NCBI GenBank assembly: GCA_051294375.1
Contig: CM119270.1
Location: 21,284,324-21,348,323, forward strand
Reading direction: 5' to 3'
Source of the DNA: Paraspadella gotoi
Lineage: Eukaryota > Animalia > Chaetognatha
DNA length: 64,000 bases
Below, piece by piece: positions 14,177 through 25,618 of the stretch. Every line of letters begins with the position of its first letter. Within the stretch, counting starts at the first letter, position 1. Made by a program: the position numbers and the translations under genes. The notes beneath the pieces are model-generated. The model ran no database searches, was not told the DNA's origin, and was given only the letters and a program-made list of their open reading frames with translations.

Positions 14177-15059
14177 TAAACGTTTATCACTTCGTCGTTT
14201 TGTTTCTAAAGTTTTTAATATAAAAAACGTGATTGTTATTTTGTTTTTTTGAGTCTCTGCAAAACCTTTATACTTTATAATATCTGTTAATACTTAACAT
14301 TTACTTAATTAATAATGAAGGCCTTTCAAACGGTGCCTCTATATATCCCTTCACTGGTTATTGGATAGTTGTTATGCTTAGTTGTTATTTAAATTCAACC
14401 GGTCAGTATATTCGTCCTCAGAAAACCCATTGTCCCGTATTCCTGTATATCACGTGATGTAAATCAAACGGGCGTCCAGCATTAACGAGTTATGACCGGT
14501 CGTGACCAGTTCGTGACCGACTGCGTTTGGCCCAAATCTTTCATCGCGTCGGTTGATGAGTCACGTGACGCTCACTGCGCCCGCGGTGATTCTCTGATTT
14601 TTTGTATTAAATGAATGGTTAATTCGTATTGGTTGTACAAATTTCATGAATGTTGACAACAATTTCACTGTAAACTGATACGAAAATGACAAAACGAGTA
14701 CAAACGACAAAGAAATGAAACAAACAAACAAACAAACGACAAAAAATAAGAATTTCGAATTTCCTCCCCAAAAAAAGTTTAGAAACACAAAAAAAAACAT
14801 GTAACAAACATTAAAAAAAGGAAACAAAAAAGAAAACAAGTATAAAATGTGAGGCGGCGGTGAAATTGGATTTGGTTTTTCTTATCGGAGATGACGTGAG
14901 TCCGTCGAGGGTGAACGTGATTTGGGTGAAAGGCTCACGTCGGGTGAAAAGGATTGGATTCGGTAAATGGATATTGTGAACTTGTGATTTTGTGATTTTG
15001 TGAAGTCGATGTAAGAAATTCAATTCTTGTTATTTTGAAGAGAGAGATGGGAAGAGAGG

Positions 15060-15098
<39 letters not shown>

Positions 15099-16032
15099 AG
15101 GAGGGGGGATGAAAACTGAAGGAAAGAAAGATGTATGTATTTTTGACACAGTTGTTTGCTTCTATGTTATAATTAGTAAATCAGCAAGCAGGCCAGTGAT
15201 TAAGCTGAATAGCGGACGAACAAGTCAGCAAGCCATCCCTAACAGATTAGAATATAAACTGGCAACAGTTTTTTCTTTACTTTAATTGTTACTTAATTAT
15301 TTACTTTCGAAGTTTACAGTCATTCAGTTATGGCCGGCTCATCTTATCTCTTGGTTACTGACTTTATTCACAGCTGTATAATCTGTTAAGTTTGCCTTTG
15401 ATGGTTGACAAATTTACAAATAATGATAAAAATACAATTTTTGCTCCAAGGTTGACTACTTTATTCAAGTCAATACGTAGAATATTAATTATTAGTTTAA
15501 AATTAAACGTTTTAAATTAACATAAACCAACTCGATTTTAAAAAACATCTCGAAAGCAATCCGAGCTGAGGTACAGTGCAATCAAGTGCGAGCCAGCCTG
15601 CGAACAGCTGGTTGTATTTTATGCGATCAAAAGAACTTTACGGTTTCGGTCAAAGATCAGTTTCACCTGAGCGGGGAGGGGGGGGGGAACTGAGAAGGGA
15701 CAGGGAGGGGCGAGGGGGGAGTAAGGGAGAGAGAGAAAGGAAGGTGGGGAAATTATGTCAAGATTTTGGCTTTTTTTTTTCCAAAAAGCGCCATCGGAAG
15801 AAGAGGACAAGATTTTTTGGGGGCATTAATTTCCGAAAGCTCACCATTCCGTTTTTAATCCCGATGGCAATTTATTTTTTTTTAGGAGCCTGATAAAGAT
15901 TTTTATGCTGTCTATTTAAACTTACCTTAACGAATGTTTTTCTGATAAAACTTGGAATAAAACTGAGAAAAAAACTTTCCTTTTTTTCGCTTTTTTTCTA
16001 AAAATAACTTTCGATCTTCGATTCTCACGTCT

Positions 16033-16071
<39 letters not shown>

Positions 16072-17426
16072 CCACACCCACGCCCCCCACCCCCCCCAAC
16101 AACCCCAAAATTTACCTATTTGTCTTATTTTCGAGTAAGTTGCAAATACTTGAGAACCATAGCTGAGGAAAATCGTCTGCTGTTTTTGAAAGCAACGCTT
16201 CTTTCTGAAGATTTCACAATTTCAAGCGAATTCACCCTTAGTTTAATTTATTAGTCAATCACAGCAATAGCTTTAAAAATTCCGAGTGGACAGAAAAAAG
16301 TCGAAGCAAAGCATAATACCGCTGAGAAAGTTTTTTTTCGCTAAATGAAAAAAAAAAGTCAGACCTGATTTTCTTTTCTCCATTGTTAAAGTAATCTGTA
16401 TCTAGTTAATCTTTTAATCTATTTTTAATCTATTGTTTAATCTAGTATTAATAATGTTTTAATCTATTTTGTGTTACAACTTTGACTTGTTTGATTTAAT
16501 TACTTAAAGTTTTAATTTTCTAACATTATACCATAATTTTCTTCGTTTGTTAGGTTTCTTTCTTCTGTATAATTCTGAATTCATCGAGTTAAAACCGTCA
16601 CATGAAGGATTAAACTCTTAAATTAAATAAAAAGCAAATCTCGCCATTTCCTAATTCTGGTGTCATGCGACGACGTCTTCTAATTGTTGAATGTCAACGT
16701 ACCTCGAAAGAGAGACAGAGATAAGAGAATTGACGAAAATTTACGTTTTCGTGACAAGTTAATGACAGATTAATGACAAATTAATGCCTATATCTTCGAT
16801 CGTCGTACTTCGTGAATTACACGGCAGTCGCGTTGTTATTATTGAGATCATCACGTCTTTTGTTAATATTGGGCTTAATCCGAGGCAAAATGCCTATGCT
16901 ATAATTTCGTTTTACTACCTTTTTTAAATACGGAATAGGAATTGTCTTGCTGCATGCTCCAGTTCAAAAATAACGAAAACAAACCGTAAAATTTTTGGCA
17001 AAGAAGGACCACTTAAAACTTAAAAGAGAATAAATCTAAACACCCACCAACTTCGCCGAGAGACAAGAAGCTTGGAGACATTCGAACACCAGGTAATCAA
17101 ATGAACGAGCGACCCGAAACAATTAACCGTCTGCTGAACGCCGGACAACCAGATGGAACCACGATGAGAATGGAACCAAAAATATCTCGTCTAACATCTG
17201 CGATAGAGAAGATTCAATGGAGCACATTCATTGGCTGTGTCGGAAGCGAGCAAAAAAGAGCCAATAGTAGTCTCAAAAGCGCGAGTTCTATACTGTGGCC
17301 CGGGGCCCTCGACCGTCTCTTCTCCTCTCCTCTCTCTCTCTCTTCTCTCTCTAACTTCTCTGTCTCCCTCTCCCATCTCTCTCCTCATCTCTTTCTCTCT
17401 CCTCTCTTCTCTCTCTCTCTCTCTAC

Positions 17427-17468
<42 letters not shown>

Positions 17469-17763
17469 AAATGCAGATCTTTCCTTCATTTCTTTCAGAT
17501 AATTACCATTCAAAAACTCTCTAGTGATTGCGAACGACGCTCGACCCCTTTTCATCTCTTCCTCTCCCCCCATTCCCTACCCCCTCAGTCAGGTCCACTC
17601 CAATTCCCATCTCCCCCTCCCGACCCCCCCATCCCTCTCCCACCTCGACCCTTCCCATCCTTCCCCCCCTTCAAAACCTTTTTCAATCCACCAACTGTTT
17701 GCTCTCCTCTTTCTTCCAACGAGATTTCCCAGCGCATCCTCGCGCTTTTTCAAATTTCATGAG

Positions 17764-17864
17764 GTCACGTGACGGGTCGATCACGTGACCGTAAAACTCT
17801 CGATTCACGTGACCTAAATGAGGCTGAGATCACGTTGACCAAGATGAGGCTGAGATCACGTGAC
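17764..17864. promoter_or_regulatory. Homotypic cluster of TCACGTGA E-boxes (USF/MiT-TFE/CLEAR-type)
   Basis: TCACGTGAC at 17765, 17781, 17805 and 17856, plus a one-base-insertion copy at 17830, all within 100 bp. Confidence 0.55.
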
Positions 17865-19968
17865 TTAGACTTTTGACTTTTGGGACAAAGAAACGGCGAC
17901 CGTCGAGTCGACGAAGGGACAGAAGGCGAGGTACACGACGCGACGACGACGACGCGACGACGATGATGAGCGACATGAGACCGCGGCGTCGATTAACAGA
18001 GCGGACTAAAAAAAAAAAGGGAAATCCTCCTTTTCATGAGAGAGAGAGAGAGAGAAAGAGAGAGGAGAGAAGAAATGAGAGAGAGAAGAGAAAAGGAGAG
18101 AAGAGAGAGAGAGAGAGATGAGAGAGAACGAGAGCGGATACATCTGTCCTGACGGTTCGGTAAATTTCAAAATTTAAACGAAGAAGACCGACGACGACGA
18201 CGAAGATGAAGAAGGAATGCAGACAACAACAACGACTCGATTGAAATCGAACTTTGCAGTTTAAAAGTTTGAATTTTGTTTTGAGGTAAAAAGAAGGAGA
18301 CGTGAGAAGGAGAGAAGGAGAGAGGAAAGTGATTGAATGAGAGGAGAGAGAGAGAGAAGGAGGAGAGAGAGAGAGAGAGAGAGAAGAGGAGAGAGAGATA
18401 CGNNNNNNNNNNNNNNNNNNNNNNNNNNNNNNNNNNNNNNNNNNNNNNNNNNNNNNNNNNNNNNNNNNNNNNNNNNNNNNNNNNNNNNNNNNNNNNNNNN
18501 NNNNNNNNNNNNNNNNNNNNNNNNNNNNNNNNNNNNNNNNNNNNNNNNNNNNNNNNNNNNNNNNNNNNNNNNNNNNNNNNNNNNNNNNNNNNNNNNNNNN
18601 NNNNNNNNNNNNNAGCTAATTTTTACAGAATATTTGTAAATACTTATAAACATCGCGAACTGTAGCAGTGTGGCCCCTATAATCTGAAATAAAATAGTAA
18701 TAAACCATTTTTTAAGAATTAAAAGTTTATTTCTTATCTGAATCTTAAATGAATAAAAACTATAGTTTAGATTTGCGTTTGCATTGCAGATGCAGAGAGT
18801 TGCGGAGTTTACCACTTGCAAGTTTCCGCGTTTCCCAAATCACAATGGAGCGCAATATGAAGCCATGAACCAAAAAAAACATAAACAAAACAAAAACGAA
18901 CACAAAACAAGAATCGGTGGCACTGCAATAAATTTCTTGTATGGATGCATTTTTAGATTATTACTATATGCAAGTATGCTAAATATGCATATTAAAGGTC
19001 ATATTGTACTTTACCCAACTGCCATATGTAAACTTAGTTAATCCTGTATTACCAAATTTATTAGCATTTAAAACTTAAGTTGGATAGAACGATCGTAACA
19101 CAGATACTAGGGCAAACATATACGGACAGACAGACCGATTGACCGAGCGAAAAGTGACTCAACGACTTGCTCCGCGAGCACTCGCGGCGCAACTTAAAAT
19201 TAATTTCAGTTTCGAATTTCATCCGCGAGTTTAAAGTCGAAAGCAGAAGTTTTAAATTACAGTCGGGAATATTTACGAGGGAAAGACTATGAAAATACAA
19301 TAGAACTTTTTTTTTTAATTGAATCTTGTATTTATTTTAAAATAACAAAACTATCCTACTTTATCGCATGTTTGGCTTTAATTAAAATAAAAAAAATATA
19401 TAACGGACGATCTTGTCTCTCGGAAATAAATAATGGATGAAAACAATAGCTCTCTCTCTCTCTCGTATCTCTCTCTCTCTCTTCTCTCTCCTCTCTCTCT
19501 CTCTCTCTCTCCTCTCTCTCTCCTCTCTCTCAAATTTAACGAGTATACTTATGGCGTCGAACGAGAAAAGGAAGAAGATAAATCGAAGTGAATGAAAGAT
19601 AAAAAAGTAGGGAGAAGAGAGGCGGAGGGGGGTGGAAGCGGGGCGGAGATGGGTGGAAGGGAGTGGAAGGGAGGTGGAAGGGGTAGAAGGGGCGGATGTG
19701 GGTGGAAGGGAGGTGGAAGGGGATAAAGGGGGCGGATGGGGTGGAAGGGAGGTGAGGGATAAGGCATGGTGGAGGGAGTGGAGGTGTGGGGTGGTGAGTC
19801 CTAAGGGGCGATGGGTTAGGAGAAAATTCTTTGGCTCTATGGGGCGAAAGGCGATATTCGCAGTGCTGTGTGAGGAGAGATAAGGGGGGCGTGAAAATCG
19901 GTGATCCTGTTGTTTTGATGGTGAAGTGAAATAATTCACTCATTCTCTATCATCTCCCTCTCTCTCTG

Positions 19969-20087
<119 letters not shown>

Positions 20088-20265
20088 TCTGTCTCTCTCT
20101 CTCTCTCTTTTTCTCTCTCTCTCTCTCCAGGGGAGAGAACGCGATAATGGGCAAAGGGATGTTGAGCCGATAAAAAAAAAGAAATCTCGATCGCGAAATT
20201 GGATTTTATCTTCTCTCGAAATTCTTCGCGTTTTTTCGACGTCATTTGATGCGAAATCAAAGGAG

Positions 20266-20445
20266 CCTCGTTATTGGCGAACTCGTTATTGGCGAACTCG
20301 TTATTGGCGGCCTTGAGATTGTCGGTCTCGGTATTTGCGACCGCCTTATTTGCGGCCTTGATATTGGCGGCTTTAATATTTTTATTTTCCTCGGGCTTGT
20401 TATTATTGGCGGATCTTTTATTGTCAATCTCGTTATATGGTTAAT
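20266..20445 (+). repeat. 15-bp tandem array (CTCGTTATTGGCGAA) upstream of the calpain ATG
   Basis: Three near-identical units at 20268-20312 followed by decaying copies; each intact unit carries ATTGG (inverted CCAAT). Confidence 0.8.
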
Positions 20446-20779
20446 GCCAATGATATTGACTTCCTTATAATTGTTTTTGGCCAAACTGTCTTTCTTATTA
20501 TCTTTCATTTCTTATTAAGACAAAACAACGTTTTAATTTTCATCAAAACACAAACAAAACAAAAAACAAACTAAGGAGCTTGGATATAATAAGTCTTAAT
20601 CGACTATGTCACTCAAATAAAATCATCCTTGAAACAATTCTTGTCAACTTTACCTTTTCACTCCATCCTGATCCTTTTATCAAGATCTTCAATTCTGACC
20701 CAATTTCGTCATAGATGACCCCCTGAGCCCTTTCCCCCCCACCTCTCTGCTTCTCCCCCTTTTTTTTTTTACCGACACG

Positions 20780-21955
20780 ATGGCCGACGGCGACGACGTC
20801 TTCGATCGACTGCGGCGCTCTCTCATTCGCGACGGCGTCCTTTTCGAAGACGCCGCTTTTCCCGCTAGAGGCGCTTCTCTCTTCCGTTCTAGATTTGCGC
20901 CGAAGAGATGGACGTGGCGACGACCCAAGGTGAGTACTGAGTAGTAGGGTAAGGTTGGGTAAGGGATGACGAAACTCCGAGAAGGGGAAAGAGTTTGAAA
21001 CTTGCTTTAAACTTATTTGCATATTGCAGTCATTGAAGAAGATAGTCTTTCTTCGGTAAAAAAAATTTGTAATTACAAAAAAAGTAGAAATCCATCGAAT
21101 AGGCTCCCAGCATTTATCAAGGACATAAATTTAAACTACCCTTAAAGATTCTTTTTATTTGTACGGTAAATGATTCATTGAAAAAATCTACCCCTTCCGG
21201 AAATGTCAGATTTTGAACAAAATCATTCTAATCTGAAAAGAAGATAGAAATACGTTCATTGTTTTTGGATTTAGTCCTTTAGTCATTACGTCATAACCTC
21301 ATTTACGACATTTTATGTCATTTTAAATTTAAGTTCTATGTCATTCTGGATCCTTTATGATTTGATTATTTTACTGAATTATTGTCATTGTCATATTTTT
21401 AATAAAAAAAATTGCGTTTAAGTCATTTATCTCAATGTCATACTTATTGTTTTTTAGATCATTTGTCCTCAATGTCATTTTACGTTAATTTATTTCCCAT
21501 TACGTCTTATTCATTATTACGTCTTTCATTATTTTATTGGGTCAATGTTCCTGTCAACGATATAACGTCATTCTCCGCGCTGTACGTCTTTGAATTTTTA
21601 TTATGCCACAGCCACCGTTAAATGTCACGTTACTTTCCGTGCTACATGGCTTTGATTATTTTACAGCGTCACAGTAAAATTTAATTTTATTATGTTATGG
21701 CCACAACCGGGTTGCCTGTGATGCCCATTGGGATGGGGCATCTCACTGTTGGCTTTGGGGGCTTCCGACCCTCAGTGACGCCTCCAGTCACTGGCGCGGT
21801 TACCCTAGAACGGCCTCTCTTTGCCAACGCAGAGGGAAGTCGTTAGGACTGTGGATGGAACACTACGCCTGGGATGGTGTGTTCCCCCTCTGAGCCAATG
21901 GATTTGAGTCGGTCATCGTCAAGGTCTATTTTTAGGATTATTTTATTGCGTCAAA

Positions 21956-21988
<33 letters not shown>

Positions 21989-24868
21989 TTTTTAATAATA
22001 AAAAAATTTTAAAACTTAAATATTCATCGTCAATGTCTTTTTAATAAAAAAAAAAATTATCTCGTGAAAAAAAGGTCCAGTACAATCGGATCATCGACAC
22101 GGGCTCGTTTCCCGATGGCAGGAAAGCCTCTCTTCTCATTGGTCCGTTTCGATGATGATTCATCCAATCAGAGAGTCCTCGGTATTTTTCATCCGAGTCG
22201 CGGATCCGATTCCATTCTTGGTTCTGATTCCATCTGAGATGCTATCTCAAGCCTTGGGTCAAGACAACAAGCCCCGTTATCAGTGATTATAAAATCGGTG
22301 AAGCGCGCCTGGTAAAAGCGTTAGCGATGAAACCACATTTCGTTTCAGTCCGTAGAAGAAATAAGCCTGTACCCAATCCCTTATTACCCTCACCTCCCCT
22401 TAGGATCTGACCCCTTCCCCCAAATTCACTTCCCCCTCCTCCCTACGCTTCGACGCCGCTCGCCATCGCCTGGCCGACGCCTGGTATCTCTCCGCGATCT
22501 CCTCGCTGGCGTCGCGACCTCGACTCTTGAGCAAAGTAGTTCCCGAGGGCCAGTCGTTTCGGGCGGAGGAATACGCGGGTGAGGAGGCCGCGGAGAAGTT
22601 GCCGTTGAGAATTTGGACGGCGGATTTATTTATTTGTTTACTTTTTAATTTATGAATTAATTATCTAATAATTATCAATTATTATTTTTCTTAATTAATT
22701 TACTTATTTTAACATTTTTTCATTAACTTATTTGATTATTTAGTTTTTTATTTAATTATTTAATAATTTGAATGTTTATTGAATGACAGATTCTCACGAG
22801 TATCACAAAATACAACATCTGCTAAGAAATGTTTCAAAGTAGTTCTTTCTTATAATAAAATCACATTATAGTCAAGTCACTTGTTATTTCTTTCTCACCT
22901 CTTCGAGAGACAACAACCATCCCTGCCCTTATATTTTGACAACCATCTTTCATCTCTAATCATCTTTAACCATCTCTCATCCTTCCATCTCTTCCATCTT
23001 TCCAGGCATCTTCCGGTTCCGGTTTTGGAGATTCGGCCGATGGATCCAAGTCATCGTGGACGATCGTCTTCCCTTTGATGTCGTCGAGAATCGACTTTGT
23101 TTCTCTCAAAACGAAGAAGACAATGAAGATTTTTGGGCGCCGCTGCTGGAGAAGGCGTACGCCAAGTAAGCTGATGTTGATGGAGAAGGACTGCGCCACG
23201 TATGCTGATGTTGCTGGAGAAGGCATACGCCGAGTAAGCTGTCATTACATGTCGTCCCAAGTCATTCCATGTCGTCCCATGTCATTCCATGTCGTCCCAT
23301 CCCTCTTTCCAGACTTCACGGCTGCTACGAGTCACTCTCCGGCCTCACGAGTCAAGACGCGTTGATCGATTTCACCGGCGCCATCGGAGAGACGGTCAGA
23401 CTGACGGACGGACGGACGGACAGAGAGATTCTCTGGGAGAGAATGAGGATGGGGAGCGAGGCGGAGTGGGGGCCTATGATGGTGGCGGGGGTGTCGGTGA
23501 GTTTGGAGGGGTGGGGGTGGGAGAAAGAGGGTTAGAGAAGCCAGGGAAGGCAGGGAAGAAGGGAAGAATTATATTCGTCTCTTTGTTCAACTAATTTGAA
23601 CTAATTTAAAAACTTATCCATTCGATTCAATTCAATTCAAGTCAAGTCAAGTCAAGTCAAGTCAAGTCAAGTCAAGTCAAGTCAAGTCAAGTCAAGTCAA
23701 GTCAATTCAAGTCATGTCAATTCAATTCAATTCAATTCAATTCAATTCATTCAATTAAATTCATTCAGTCAAACTTATCCATTCATTCAAATACTAAGAT
23801 TTCTTGTCCGCTGACTTTGGACAGGCTGATTAAGCCTTCAGATCTCTCTTGCAAGATTACTATAACAGAGCAAGACCCTCGTCCCTGCATGCTTTTAATC
23901 AAGAGACCCCCTCGCAGTCTCGTTAGTTAAATCACCGAGTATTGATTACTTGGCTTCCTTATCAACGCAGTGGTGTAATCATTTTTAACTGTTTCAATTT
24001 AGTTCTAATAATCAATTATGATTAATAATCAAGTTCCGAACTTTTGATATCCCAACGCAAACGAATTATATTCCTAACTTTTGTAATGTATTTTTCTGTC
24101 ATTAATTTCATCAACTAGTATTATTCTTTTCCCGCCAAACCCTTACCTTATCACATCGCCCTCACCCAAGATGCCCAAAAACTCGTGGGGAAGTTCGGAG
24201 GTGGCGCTGGACTCGAGTCTCTTCGCGCGCCACGCCTACCGCGTCACGTGCGTCAAAGACGTCACCCTTGACGACGACAACGACGACGACGACGACGACA
24301 AAAAGAGGAAGAGGAAGAATTTGAGACTCGTGAGAATCAGAAATCCGTTTGGAGAAGAAGAATGGAGACGAGAGTGGATGGACAAGTGAGAAGTGGGCAA
24401 TTGTAAGAAATTGTGGGCAGTTGTGGGTGGGTCACTGAGTCATTTGGTCAGTGGGTCAGCGGGTTAGAGGCTACGGAACGGTCTTCGATAACGGCCGTAA
24501 ACAGCCTTGGGGCCTGGAAAACCCTCCAGCCTGGTTTCAAACCCAAGACACGTTCCATTGCTGCTGAGTTTGCACAGAAGAAACGTCTTCGGCCCACTTA
24601 GCGAACCGGGTGAACGGTGAACGGACTTCACTCTCACGGCCATTCTATGCCGTGAATTTTTTGAGGTCTATTATTAATTATTTTTTCTTATTCCTCATTT
24701 TATCTTTTTCTCATCCAAATGAAGTTTTTTTCTTTATTTTTTCATCATTTTTAGAGAGAAAAAACAAAGTTTCTTTGTTAACAAACAACGATTTTTAAAT
24801 TTAATGAAAATTAACATCTTTCGACTCATGTTTTGGGATTCTTCATCACCATTTCTTTCTCTCTCTCT

Positions 24869-24908
<40 letters not shown>

Positions 24909-25582
24909 TCCTCTCTCTCTCTCTCTCTCTCTTCTCCCCTCCCCCTCCCCAGCCCTCCAAAATGGCGGACCCTCTCATCCTACCTCCATCGTTTCCTCGA
25001 TCTTCAACTCGAATCTCGAGACGAAATTTGGATTCGATTTCAAGATTTTCTTCGTCGATTCGATCTTTTGTTTTTCGCTCATTTGACGCCAGAGTCGGTG
25101 GCGCCGAAGATGGCGCTGGGGACGTCGGGGGTGGCGCCGGACGAAGCGGTTGAAGCGGCGTCGAATGAGGAGGCGGCGTCGACGGTCGAGTCTAAACAGA
25201 AAACGGCGTCGGTTTTGGAGAAAGTCGACGGAGAGACGCTGTCGCCGTGAGTTGTCGATTTTTGAAGAATAAAAAAATCAATATTTTAAAATTAATTTAA
25301 CCTAAGTTGCCTCTCAGTTGGGACATATTAAAGTTTAATTTGATTACATTTAAATATGAATTAAAGAAAAACATACTTAAATCACAAGCGAAAAATTTAA
25401 AGTGAAACATAATTATAACTTTAGCCAATTGTACATGCGAACGTCTAAAAATTAAACTAAAACTTATTTTATCAAATCCGCTTCTCTTCTTCTCAATTAC
25501 CTCATCCCCAATTCTTACCTTCACCAGTCGCGTCTGTCCCTGGAAAGTCGATTCCTTTCACGGCAGATGGCGTCGCGAGCCA

Positions 25583-25618
<36 letters not shown>

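Noticed and set aside
17040-17315. Possible retroelement ORF fragment (MNERPETINRLL..)
   Set aside because: No recognisable RT, endonuclease or gag motif; the ORF runs into (CT)n.
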